The translations under genes were made by a program, and so were the position numbers. The notes below the pieces were generated by a model. The model was not told the origin of the DNA, searched no databases, and saw nothing but the letters and a program-made list of their open reading frames with translations. A DNA stretch of 63,680 bases, the filler included, from Choristocarpus tenellus KU-1152 (taxonomy: Eukaryota > Protista > Phaeophyceae), in NCBI GenBank assembly GCA_964200185.2. It is 11 parts of 11 records of this genome, joined end to end, with 100 filler letters (N's around TTAATTAATTAA, not from the genome) between each part and the next. Parts side by side here need not be neighbours in the genome. Positions count along the whole stretch, not along the records: positions 22,957 to 32,066 come from CAXNAD020003974.1; positions 32,167 to 39,000 come from CAXNAD020007248.1; 9 more parts are not named here. The stretch is one strand, 5' to 3'. Shown here in pieces: positions 26,026-39,100 of the stretch (positions are counted from its first letter, which is position 1; each line of letters starts with the position of its first letter).

Positions 26026-27311
26026 TCTTGAGTATTTTTGTGTCTCACGTGCAGCAATTCCTTTGCACTTCATCATCACTCTGCAATCATTTGGTTAGAG
26101 ACCCTCACCCACCGAGTGAAAAAAACAGTATTTTGATATTCTCATTCCTAAGTCCAATGGTCCACTACAAGCAAGAGCAGCTGTTTTCAATTGAGAACAA
26201 TAGATTTTTCTAAGAATTGTAAGGGGAAAATGCCCTTAGAATTAGACTGGTGAAACAAACGGGAAATATTGTACAATGTAATATGTTCTTGCATAACCAC
26301 TATCAACCATGCCAGTTACCCATCTATTTCTTCTGATGTCATCATTAAAAAAAATATATGGTGTGATATGTAGCCACCTTACGTTATTCCTTTGAGGTGG
26401 CTCCCCTTTGTGTGGTGTAGGACCTCAGAGTCTGTTCCTCTCTGGTGAATACTACATGCGGACAGAACTGCAGTTCCTTGCGATGATGGTATTAAAGACA
26501 TCAGCACAGAATGTGGGAAAACACAGCCCCACACTTCATCCCTACCTCCCGATTTCAGAAACTTAAAAAATTCTTCCTCAAACCGAATAAGTTTAGGATG
26601 TCAAAGCTCAGGGCAAGGGGTATCTAGTGGTATTAGCATATAGTACGAACCTATTGCAGGTGTTTGAGTTTCCTGGAATGGGGCGGGAATTTCACGTTAT
26701 TGCTGGGGAACCAGTGATAATATGAGGTTTTACGCGGGGAAGCAAATAGTGACAGAGATCATACGTCAAGACGCTTGTGTGTATATAGGTGCTGTTATGA
26801 GTGATAAGGGACTTGAAAAATGCAGATATATTTGCGTTGTTGGTCGTAGTGAAGTAATTTGCGTAGAACGCACGAAAAGCAAGGGAGTACAGATATTTGG
26901 TGCGTTCTGCTCATGGCAAACACTAAACAATATGCACACCCGCATGTTATTATGTGAGCCTAGCTTTCCAGGCCTTTTTGTTTATTGGTGTTTGGGTCAT
27001 TGAAGAATTGAAGCATTGGAATATGTAGTGCTTATGCAGGGTCATTCTTACATAAAATCTCTACACAGACTGCCATGTTTCCATCCTCTTTATCTTATAT
27101 CCTCCTCCTGTTCTCCATCAATTTCTTCTACATACTCCTCAATCTCTCACCCTTCAGGGGCGCCATCTTCAGTCCCAAGGGAAGGAAAAGTCAGTTCCTT
27201 CATCGGACGTCATCAGGTTGAGATTATTCCCAACGCAACTGACTATGCTGCATCCCTTCGTATAATCCTCAAAACCCCAGTTGTGACACCCCCATGCAGG
27301 GTCACATATAC

Positions 27312-27779
27312 CTCGTGAACGACTTTGAATACTGGAAAACCCCTTGTAGCCTGAATTTCAAGATTCCCAGTAACCAGATGGAAGAATCCGTTTCATTGTA
27401 CCTCCGGTCGAGAATACAGTAAGTCCAACTTGACAAATGTAAGAAGAGAAGGCTAAACTTCCACCTGCAAATTTGCAATCGCTAGGACTCCTCTCCAGAC
27501 GAGAAGTGCGCCTGTGGAGCACCATGATCCTGATCTCTCCAATGCACCGCTGAGCCTCATCGATTGTGGGGGCTTCACTAGTGGCGCAGAGAAGAGTGAA
27601 ACAAAAAATGGAACTTAGTGTAAAAAAAAAGAAAATCGAAAAAGTTTACTAAGAAACCGAATTTCATGCCTACCTTTGAGCTCCTTCCACGAAACTGCTC
27701 TTCCTTGACATCTCTTTCCTTCGCTCAACCTCCTGTGGGTCTTCACTCTCATCTTCATTCCTAAGATTCTGACTCTGTC
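27312..27779 (-). CDS. Possible exons of an unidentified gene divergent from the macrodomain gene
   Basis: AG/GT-bounded, phase-compatible segments reading QSQNLRNEDESEDPQEVERRKEMSRKSSFVEGAQ / EAPTIDEAQRCIGEIRIMVLHRR... No homology recognised. Confidence 0.3.
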
Positions 27780-27948
27780 TACACAACATTTCTTTTGCTT
27801 TCAGACAAAAATCGTGGAAGGAGGCATACCCTTTTCTGTCCATTCCATACATTTTCTTTGTTGTGTGCCGTATAATAAAACGTATTGATGGTAAGAGAAC
27901 ATTTATACCGTCAAATGTAATCACAACCCACTCTTTCTCCTGTAAAGG

Positions 27949-30900
27949 ATGCGATCTCTCTCTCAACAGCTTCAGTGTACATCCTTTTTCTGGATAGCCA
28001 TTCTTGGTACTGTGCTCTGTGGAGGGAAAAAAACATCCGGAATGTGGTTTGGGAAAAGAGAGTCCGCAAGCAAAGGCTCCAAGGGTCCAGACCCCTCTCG
28101 CAGGCTGTTCAAGTTAGGTTCAGGTCACGGAGTTCTTGCAATATCAAAAGGTTAGAACTAGCAGTATCAATGAATAGTACCAGTGTATGTGGTGTTGCGA
28201 TAAGTAGCGCTTTCCCTTTTGTTTGTCTACAAGTAAAACATCGAGTAAATCGAACGCTGTCATTCCTTTGCTCTTGCTGTGTTGATAGGTGATATCACGA
28301 AGTGGGAAGGGGACGTAATAGTGAACGCTGCTAACAATGCGGTGAGTAAGATGAGCGAGTTGGCTTGTTATGGGGAATTTTGAGTACTCCCTGCTCGAGA
28401 ATTAGGGGCTTCCTTGGCGTGCTTGTCGTGCTGGTGTGATTAATAATTGGTTGTTTGGAATGCCCAAGCCTATGCTCGTGGTTAATGTCCAACAACTGCT
28501 ACCCCGTTTCCATGTGGAGATGCTTGGAGGTGGAGGGGTCGACGGAGCGATTCACAATGCTGCTGGCCGAGAGGTAAGTTAAGCTGTGTGTAAGACAGCG
28601 TTTGGTCGATCTATATCTTTGCCGACTCTGGGTCATAGATTTGCCTTCATTGTGATGTCTCATTTTGCCAGGTGGTCTGCACTCTAGAACCTATGTGGAA
28701 TGTGATGCATTGTTTCGTGTAATTTTCAATGTACCTGATCTTAAAGTCGCTGTCCGCATTTCTGCCCTCTGTCGATAATTCCACAAACAGCTGGTGGAGG
28801 CTTGCAGGAAAGTGGAGATGGTGGAGCACGGTATTCGGTAAGTTAAGAAACTACCTCATAGAAGCAGAAAGTTAGGGGTTAAAAGTGTGCAACACAACAC
28901 CATATTGTGCTTTATTGGACATGGTAACTGATTTTGTAGTTTTGTCTGTGCTGTTCTTGTTGGGTCCATTGCAGGTGTCGCACAGGCGAGGCACATATAA
29001 CACCAGGCTTCAGACTGAAGGCGAAGCATGTGGTGAGGATGTGTGTTTGGACACGAAGGAGAACAAGATCCATACGACTTGAACCGTGTCAGTGGGTGAT
29101 GGTGTTTGTGCTTGCTGGAGAGTGAGGGTCAATCTGAGCTGAATTATGTGTTCCAAGCTGTTAAACACTCTCTTGATGAAAATACACTCCTAATCTCCTA
29201 TGAATTATTTTGCTTGTACTGGTCTCTAATGAACCAAAACTGTTTATATCTACTATTGTGACAACTTTTCAGATTCACACTGCAGGTCCAATATACCAAT
29301 CTCAGAAGAAGTCAGCACCCTTGCTATGGAACTCCTACAAGGTACAGAAAACAGGACAGATTATTAAATTTGAAGAAATGTGCACTTTAGTGAGCAGAAC
29401 GGAGGGTGTGCCAAAGGAGTATTGTGTGTAATCATCTGCAGAGGTTATAATACATAATGGCAAAAAGGGGAGTGTGTGTGTTTGTGTGTGTATGTGTACT
29501 TTCCCAATCACAGCTCGAAACGATCTATTAGTCCATTCAGTCACAGACAATGCTCTATCTGGTGTAAGCTTTAGGGAAGTTGGGACTCTACTCCTAGTGC
29601 GATGGAGGTCATTTTTCGGTCAAGAGAGTATCCACAGTCCTTTGTTGAGGAGTACCTTGGATTGCAATTTTTCGTCTGTGTGAAATGCGTTCATCAACTG
29701 CAACCAAGTGCAGAGGGTGTGCAGATCAGTGGAGTGACTCAAACAAGTATAGAGGGTGGGGTGTGAAATATCTTAGGGAGGGTGCACTCCAAAACAAGGT
29801 AGATGCTGGCACCTAAAGTTATGTAATTGAGCAAGATACTATCTGAGTCATGGACCATCCATTTGTGCTCTCAAGATGCACTCTACCCTGAGCACAAGAT
29901 TTACCAAAGAAAATACATGTTCACCATGTCTGTGTGAGTAGGCATGACTTGAACAAACGAGGTAGAAGTGTTAGTGCTTTTTTTTTGTCTAGGTAAGGTG
30001 TGCCGATTTTTGGTTGTCCCTTCCCCATCTCAACTTGCTGCTGTGTGACAGAACTCTCTACTAAAGGCCAGAGAGCACGGGCTAGAGAGCATTGCCTTCC
30101 CTGCAATTTCATGCGGTGTTTATGGCTACCCACAAGCTGAAGCAGCAGAGGTATGCCATGTTTTCCTTTTGGAATGATAATCTAATATGGTGGTAGAAAC
30201 TTCTCTCTGCAATGCAGTACTTGCAGGCATGCATGTGTACGGGGAGGTTTGTATCAATGGAGAAAAAAAAAAAGTGTGGTAAGACTGGTTAGGTTTTGTT
30301 TGCATGTGTCATGTCTCATCTCCTTTCTGCCTTTTTGATGGTCCAGTGCCCATCCATGTATCCCAGTACATTTCACTTCTTATCTTGAGCATCATGTATG
30401 GTTAATATCCTGATCTTTTCTTAACGCAGATTGCCATGTTAGCTGTATCGGAGTTTGGCAACGGATTTCAACTTGTGGAGTTTGTCATGTTTGGGCAGGT
30501 GAGGGCTTCAAAGAGTTGGATGCATAGACCAAGTATTACCAATTTCCTCACTCTGCAACACTCAAACAAAGGGTGCAGCCCATCCAAAGTTGGTATCTTC
30601 AATTTTCTCCTCTAATTCTGATGTGGACTGTGAAACAAAACCTATTGCATACACGCCAAAATTGGCCACATGAAACAATACTGTTAACATGCATGCTGTA
30701 TGGAGAGTGAAAGAGTGGTAACTTCCTAGTTGGGAAGCTTTGTGTAGCCCAGCATCAGCATCTGCCACCTTGTGCAGATTGGTGACAGAATCCTAGGTGT
30801 AATGATCACCTGACTTGTTTGCCTTGCAATGCCATAATTGAACTCTTTGTTAGGACACCTATGCTCCCTTCGTTGCGGAGGCCACTAGGCAATTTTCAAG

Positions 30901-31189
30901 TTGGTCAGAGGGTGGAGATGCTCATACTAAAGGAGAGGATAGCAAACCAAAGAATGCAGAGTTGTCAGCAACAAGAAACTTCAGTAGCAAGATATCCAAG
31001 GACCTTAGTGAAAGAGGAAAGATCAATGAGGGTCTCCAGTCTGACAGCTCAGACCTTGAGGATACTGAACCCGATACCACAATGGAAGGTGCAAAGCAGG
31101 AAGAAGAGTGTGCTCCTCCAGCAGAGGTATCAAAGAATGCCTGTGATGGGTCTACTGGACCCACTCAAGAATGTTCAAACACAAGATAA
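27949..31189 (+). CDS. MacroD/YmdB-type macrodomain protein (ADP-ribosylhydrolase / O-acetyl-ADP-ribose deacetylase-like), complete, 9 exons
   Basis: Exons 27949-28150, 28289-28341, 28520-28573, 28791-28837, 28975-29032, 29273-29341, 30052-30150, 30430-30498 and 30854-31189 splice in frame. They give [35 protein letters not shown]...[23 protein letters not shown]...[15 protein letters not shown]. The start codon is uncertain (27949 or 28042). Confidence 0.93.
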
Positions 31190-32753
31190 GCTGCGTTAGA
31201 GAGATGAAACCTGTTAAAAATCAATGCCTTAGCGTCCAAAGATTCCTCCAGGTCAGGTTTCTGGTGCTGCGGTGTGATCTCTTCTAGTCCTGTAGATTGT
31301 AGCCAACTCTCTATTCATACTTTCAAGAGTGTTATTTTGCTCGAGTGCTGCTTATTCTTGTACGTGTGTGGTATGAACACACATGAGGTATATACATGAG
31401 CATGACATTAGTTCTATCGCTATATTCCCTTCTTCTATGTAGCAGATTTTAGGGTCTTAAACAAGGAAGTGTTGCGTCACTCTCCCCATTCCTCACCATG
31501 ATCTACAGATGGGGGCAACACATGCATATTTTCCAACCACCTGTCCAATTGTAAGAGGAAGATGGTTGTTTAATGTTTATTTTACTCTCCGCTACAATGT
31601 TCTGCATGCCCTGCCTTTTGCTACATGTGAACATCTTCATTGCAATTCTTAAACCATCCCCAGTCATCCCATAAAAATCGTGTTACATGTGAATGAATGC
31701 TTATCCCCCCGTTCACTGTGGTCTACACGGAAAATGAGAACAACGATCCAGAACATTGTAGATTATAATGAAAAACATACAAGTATGTTGAGCAAGTATG
31801 AACAAACTGCTAACAATGGAAGAGTGCTTTCAGACAGGAGAGAAATAGAATTCCTGCAGTGAGTCAAGTACATTGGGAATTTTGTACGCCCTTCATATAA
31901 ATTAAACAGCACCCCCTCTTGTCCCCGCCGTCGTATTATCTGTCCTATTTCTCCCTGCTCGCTGTGCACTGACTTGTCTTCCCTCCTCTATCCCGTTTAG
32001 TCCCCCCCCCCCCTCTTCCAGTTACCACTTGAACAATCTTTTCCTGAGTGATCTTCTGAGGGATTGNNNNNNNNNNNNNNNNNNNNNNNNNNNNNNNNNN
32101 NNNNNNNNNNTTAATTAATTAANNNNNNNNNNNNNNNNNNNNNNNNNNNNNNNNNNNNNNNNNNNNCCCCCAAAAAAATTTTAATAAAAACAAACAAACA
32201 ACAACAACAACAACAAAAATAATTTCTTTTTTTTTAAAGAAAAAAAAAAATCGAACGTTAGGCGCAGCAGAGCCATTAACACAACCATTGCCAATAAATG
32301 GTTAATGGCAGTCAACCGCATTCAAAGCGCATCAAGCCAATAAATCCCTACCACCCCCACCCCCACCCCCTCCCCCTCCCCCCCCTCCCTCCATGTACCA
32401 CCATAATGAACCCCCATCGTATTCATATTTCCAAGTACCTTCTTCTCAGCATCATTTCATTTGTGTCATTTCATTTGTGTCACTACGTAGTGACGAAGTG
32501 CGGCACTCCAACCTGAGTCGGTCCCCGTCAAACTTGCCATTTTCATGTCGGAACAGACAAAACTCCAACCAACTACAGTTAACAGATTATTTGACCATAC
32601 CGAGGGTCACACTCACTGCAGGTGAGCAGGGCACACTGCAGGAGAGAGCAAGGCACCACGGGGGTGTCCCGGCTACAGTTACAACCATACCCACAATAAT
32701 TTCAAGAAACGACAAAGCCACAACGCCATCGGGATAGGAACAACTGGCAATAC

Positions 32754-35405
32754 CCCTCGCCTGTGCGCACCACCACCGCCAGGGGAGAACAAATCCCCAG
32801 ATCGAATATGGATGACAAGAGTGAGGCCATCACCGTCTCCATCCACTGCTGGGCACTGGGATATGTCCATCAGTCCCCCCGCATAGGCCGACTCACATCC
32901 TAGAAGGCGGGTCTGTTTCGCACACCTGGGTAGAATTCAAACGTGGGGGAGAGCGCCGGGAGCATGAGAATTCCCGTTGAATTCAAAAAACAGAAAAAAA
33001 AAAGACTTTCGTAAGCGCTGAAAAAAAATATATATATATATATATATATATATGGGAATGTTGATGCTGCTGCAGTGAGACATTGCAGATCACACTGTGG
33101 AAATGTGGCGGGGGCATGGGATGGGTGCCAGTGCAGACTGAGAGACATGAAGAGCACACCCGAGACTGTTCACAACACCACATGTGGTGTGTGGGTAGGG
33201 TGGATTGGGGGGCATAGCAGAATTCAATGGAAAAAAAACAAGGTATAATAATGGGCACGATCTGATTGGACGAAAGTGTAGTAACGGACATTGCTGGCGT
33301 AGTTTGATAGGCTACAGGCGATTGATAATGAACGGTAGATGATGTGTGTAGGGTCTCTGAGGTTTCAAGATCCGACATTTAGAACCCTTATCCTAAGCCC
33401 TGGGACAAAACAAAGTACTACACATAACTGTCAGAGAGCTCTGCCTAGTGTGCAAGCCAAGGGTTCAGGGTGCCTGTACTACGAAGTGAGAATGTTCACA
33501 AGCACCTGTGGATAAGTCCACATCGCATTGCTGACATTCGTGAGCTATCCATTGAATTCAGGGCAACATAGACAGTCCAGCACTTGGATGTGATAACTCT
33601 AGATCTATGTTGGAGGTTCATCTTAAGATACGCCTCTTCTATTTCTGTGTACCACAGGGCAAGAACGACGTAAACCAAATACTCTTTCAGACTTCAAGAC
33701 TTCATCAAACCATCCATTCAAAATTCAGGGTGGGGTAGTGGTCAAGCCGCACAAGCAAAACATTGGAACAAGGATGCATAGCCCAGGGCTGGAGATGTCT
33801 GATCCACAACGAAATTCATATGCCTGATAGAAAAATCAATCGATTACATGGACACCCCTTTGACTCCCATCATTTGGTAAACTAATGCAATGTACACATG
33901 CAGGAGTGGACAAGATAGGCATGTCAAAAAAACATGAATCAACGACGACACAGGGAAATTAAAATAATTTTTGCTATGCGATTGGAATGAAGACATGCAG
34001 GCTGCTTGCTACATGGGCAACGTACTATGGAAGTTCACCTCACTCCGTAACAACATGATGCAACGAAGAAGGTGTAGAAGTACAAGTAACAAACTCCAGC
34101 CACACCCAAGCCTGAAGAAATACCACTTCAGGCAAGCAAATAGAGCCATTGCAAAATAAAAGATTTTCAATAAATTCTCTTTCCTACCTGAGTAGATCCT
34201 TATCTGCAGTGACGTCAGCATTCCAGTAGGTAGTCGCATTTTTTGCTTCTAAAACACGGATTCCTCTTCAGTCGCCAGATGAATGGGGGCATAGGAGGGA
34301 GCAAGTGGAGGGGGAGATATGATGACTGCAACAGCCAAACAGATAAAGATTGAGTACAGTAGAGAGATGGCTTAGTGAAAGAACTCTTACTGCTCTACAA
34401 AACCATTCCCATGAATTACATCCTTGCGCCCGCACCATATACTAGCAGCTGTCGTACGTACTCTAATGCAAGATATTTCTCCGAATAAGTGATATCAACC
34501 TGAAAGTGCTTTGAACAGGCTGGGTAGGGGAGTTAAACAAGATATTTCGTCTTGAACTGGGGGCTAGAGATTGCTTACCGCACCTCGTTCTCACCTGGAA
34601 CACCACGGAGAAGAGGTGTTGACACCACGGTGCTCTACTGGCATCATCCCAACCACATTGGCACCTTCGCCACCGAAATCAAAGTATCGTGTCCTTGCAT
34701 CAAAAATTTCCCCCTCAACCGCATCATGATCCCTTCCTGGTAGCATCAACTTCTTCTGGCAGCACCAGGCCATCGCCAACGCCCGCTGCCCAAGCCGGAA
34801 AGGAAGTTCAAATGTTGAAGTTCGTAGTCGGGGAAGTAAATTACAAGGCATCAGACCACATCAGAGTGAAAGACAGATTGAAGATAGGGTTTATCAGCAT
34901 GTGCCCAGCCACTTCGATACGAGATTGATAAGGTGTATTAGACTGGACCCCTACTCAGGGGTGGCCACACTATGTCCCAAGAAGCAATGACTCTCATTTA
35001 ACGCGTAGGTCTCACCGATATTTGCGAGATTTTTCTACCAGGTCTCCAATGCGAGAGATCGCGCAGTTCAAGAGAGACGGAAGCCTCACCCCTTGCTTCT
35101 CTCCATTCCGTCAAGTTTCCAGAAGCAAATCCTGCGACTTGCCCGAATGGACAGCGCTGTGTGAACATATACGAATCATCTAGGAGTTCACTCCCACCAC
35201 CACCATTGGATTGCAGACCTTTGTATTTTCCTCCCTGGCCTCCCAACCGTTTCCAATTCCAAAACTCAAATCCAACTCTTGACATGCTCGAACTTGTTTT
35301 GACGGAAAGGGTGCGTCTCAACATACTCCAAGTCAACACGAAGACAACAAGAGCAGAAAGCCAGGCACGAGATATTCCTGCAACCTTGGTCATCCTCCAC
35401 AACAT
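32754..35405 (-). CDS. Type II membrane glycosyltransferase-like protein (HIRSGD motif, fucosyltransferase-clan-like), 3' end missing
   Basis: Exon 35405-35016 carries the N-terminal TM AWLSALVVFVLTWSML. Then 34785-34595 (RALAMAWCCQKKLMLP...TRYFDF), probable ~34265-34188, probable micro-exon 34042-34026, and 32899-~32754 (CESAY...LVIHIRSGDLF). Confidence 0.65.
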
Positions 35406-36696
35406 CCTACGACTAAAAATGTGGAGGGGACGATAAGGTGGCCTCCATACGGCTGGTAGCGCCTTCACTAATTGAGTGGTAAGAGAGGCGAATCCATGTT
35501 TAGAAGTCATTACCCAAGCACTTGCATATCGTCCAATCTTCCCTCTACTGAAATCTCCTTACAACTTTCACTCCTCGAGAAAAGGTTGGGGATGGTTATG
35601 GTTGAGAGGTTACGTTAAGATGATCAAGGCAACATACGCAAGAGGAGAGATAGATAGGCTCACCTAAAACCTTCTCGTTTTATGATGTTGGACAAAAACA
35701 ACCAAAAAAGATTCTAAGGTATAGAATAATATGGTAAATCGGAGATTACTTGTTACAGATAATCGTACATGATATGGTGTATGATAAGTGACAAAATGGA
35801 ACGAAATCTAACTCCAAGATAGTAAGATATGGAATAATTAAATTATTGTTTTAGAAGTTTAGAAGTTTGGACAGAAGTTGATGTACGTGATTTAATATCT
35901 TCTGTTTGTGTTTTAGAAATGGGTGGGATCTCTAAAAGTGGATTGTGAGTACAGTACCAGTACAAATGGGTGGTATTGATGGGACAGGGCGAGGTGGACA
36001 GGAGACAGGTACAGGAAAGTGTGGGCAAACCCCAACACAAAGGAAAAAGAACAGATCCAGCTCGAGTCTAACGCTTGTGTCGGAATATATCCAACACCAC
36101 TCAACCAATGAGAGTCGCCCATGACGACTTCAAGAAAGCAGGAATCACTGAGATGGTCCTGAAGAGACCATTGTTATTCTCAAGAGTATCTGCGACAGAG
36201 ACGAAGAATCCATGCGAATCCCGACCAGAACTAGAACCAAGAATCCATAGTGACTACAGTGTTAGCAGTCGCCTCCTGCATCAACTTTGTCATAACATAA
36301 CTTTTGATCAACAACAATTTTTTTCATGAAAATCCGTTTGTTACAATTGCATCAGCATGCTTAACCTTATTTGATGGGCCTCAGTTGACCAACTCGGAGT
36401 AATCTTGAGAAATAAAGGACCATACCTCCCCCCCCGCGCCGCCCTCCACCAACCGGTGACAAAAAACATCTTAAATCAAGTAGTCCGTGCGCACGGTTCA
36501 CGCGCGAACCGAGCATTTAAGGATGATTTTGACTCCAGAAGAGGCTATCTTCACCCCGAGAACATGGGCGTTCTTGTCTCTCCATTCTCTTTCCATTATT
36601 TCCTGTTTATGCAATGTTGTCACCTGCTGGCTAAGGCTCACTCATGGTGGCCCAGGTCTCTTAACCAGACAATCCCATGCCAAGTCAAATGAGGTA

Positions 36697-37010
36697 TTAT
36701 GAAGGTGCAGGCCTCCTGTGAGACTGAAATGTCTTGTACACCCTGTCCAATTTGGTGCACTCCATGCCTTTCTCGTTGGAGTATATCAGGTGGTAAGCAA
36801 TACTCATCCTGAAGAACCTCTCCGCAATTACTCTGGACAGCCCCACTTCCTCCATAAGACTGACAGGAATGTTGGCTCTCATTCCAGCAACGTGTAGTCA
36901 CAATGACCTCGTGCATAGTGCTTCGCCCGCCCCCAGACCATCTCTATCGGATTTAATTCACAATGGTACTTTGCAAGCATCAAGTAGTGTCCTCCAAGAC
37001 GCTCAACTAG
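36697..37010 (-). mobile_element. Second decayed DDE_3 transposase C-terminus, same family as 23300-24325
   Basis: [41 protein letters not shown], then a frameshift to RANIPVSL...YKTFQSHRRPAPS. Confidence 0.85.
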
Positions 37011-37077
37011 AATCATGTCCTGTGAGTGGCTTAAACAGTATTAAGCCGAGGTTAGCCCACGCACCGTTTTGGCGGGT

Positions 37078-37389
37078 ACCAATCTTGATTTTTTGAAAAG
37101 GTTGCCCAACGATTTAATCGACGATCATCATATCGAATGAAAGCTCTGGATCTAGGCTATCGATTTCTCAAAAGAATTATTTCGTAAAAATAGTTTTGGT
37201 CGTGATAATTCATTCCGGAACATTTTCAAGGTTGTGCCGAAAACATTCGGTTAAACTTAACCCTTACCAAAATCACTTTCAGAACGAATTCTTTTCCGGA
37301 GATCGATAGCTTAGATCAAGACCTTTCATTCGATATGCTGATCGTCGTTTAAATATTTGGGCAACCTTTTCAAACAAATCAAGACTGGT
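37078..37389. repeat. Foldback element: ~125-bp imperfect inverted arms around a ~65-bp spacer
   Basis: 37078-37200 is the approximate reverse complement of 37266-37389. Confidence 0.9.
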
Positions 37390-38599
37390 CTCATCCTAGA
37401 GGTGACTGCCAACACTATAGCAAGGGATGGGACCTAGAATCCATGTAGAAAAGGTGGAATGAGTTCATGGATGATCAGCAGAAGTGAACCAAAACAAAGA
37501 TTACTACTAATGTGACCACAGTTTCGGCCAGAGATGTGCCACTGGAGGTATCCTTGGACGCGCAAATATGAAACCCATTAGTGAAACTTGCAACATGAGG
37601 CGTGCCACCAGAGAGACCAGATCCCCTCTCGGCATCACCCCCCCCCAGGACGTGAGCCTCCTGAGTTCATAAACAGAGCAGAGGGGGGGAGATAGATTGA
37701 CACACAAGGAGCCGAACCAATTCAGAGGTATGCAGGTTTGGACCCTTCTGCATTCAAAACCATCTTTGTTACCCTGTGCAATACACTCTATTTGATTGCT
37801 TTATGTACAAAATAGCGTACGCAAAATTGATATTCCCCCTTTCCACAAACAAAGTGACAACATGATTTAGCAAAGGGTCCTTCTGCAATGGCACAAATGC
37901 CCCTTCTCGGATCCTTAAAAAACAACCCTGCCTATCTCTTAGTTCGCTGACTCAAGTGGGTAACTAAACTAATTCATGTTGCATGATGGGGCAGGAATCT
38001 GTTACACAGCAGCAGAGAGAGGAAATTTGTAAGGGGTCATGAATCCACTATTGAGTGGCCAAGTAGTAATAAACAAGGAATTTCACGCATTATGGATTAA
38101 TCCTGTGTGGTCTCCTTCAACCCACGGAAGTCAATAATGACTTAATAGAATTACCCACATGGATTTTTGTCTGTGTAGCCTCCTCCACTTGGGGGAGCTA
38201 TTAAGAACTGGAGGAAACTCCTGCATGGTTTTTCCCCTATGTATCCACTCTAACAGATGGTGGGCACTTTAATCAACAGAAGTAGATTGGTGAGTGCGAA
38301 GCCATCACACTCTGAAATTTCCCACACATCATCTTCACACCTGCAACCAACAGAGCGAGAATCTAAGCTCAAACCCTGACAGGGAATAAAATCAAGTACT
38401 TGTATACAAATCTTCCTCCGTTCGGAATTAATTGTAACATAACTTTTACAGTCCCAATGAAGAAGCAAGCGAGACTTTTTTCACATGTCAATATTTCATG
38501 GGTGTATTATGCAAACACTAAAAGGTTGACCACCAAAATCTCAAGCAAAATGGGGCATCCTACACCTATTTATGGTCCTGCCCCCGAAGCTCTCCAAAA

Positions 38600-39000
38600 C
38601 TCCTTTCCAGCATAGTATTTGCCGCATCCACCGGGCCATTCAGGGGGAGCTTACGCGCTTTCTAAGCTTTTTCCTTGCTAAGATGGGGAACTTTGAAGAC
38701 GTTGTCGCCCTTGGACACCAGAAATTCACCGTAGACTGCAAAGAGGCTTGCCAGATGCACTCTAGTGTCTCCCAGGGGTACACATAGAACGACTCCATTG
38801 TGACCTCCACCAGCTCCTCCGTGTTGGTCACCCTCACGTTCTTGCTTCAGTTACTGGATGGGATGAAAGAATCCCAGGCCGTCAAGGTTGAGGTCAGGTG
38901 AGTTGATTGACTGGGTTTCTATGACAATGTCATCCCCCATCACCTCCTCAATTGCCTCCATGATCCCCCCCTTGGTGTATGACTTTGCCCCATCCTGCTG
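38600..39000 (-). mobile_element. Decayed plant-type mariner transposase C-terminus
   Basis: QQDGAKSYT...TQSINSPDLNLDGLGFFHPIQ*...KGDNVFKVPHL, with stops and frameshifts. There are 37 residues between the last two catalytic positions. Confidence 0.85.
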
Positions 39001-39100
39001 NNNNNNNNNNNNNNNNNNNNNNNNNNNNNNNNNNNNNNNNNNNNTTAATTAATTAANNNNNNNNNNNNNNNNNNNNNNNNNNNNNNNNNNNNNNNNNNNN

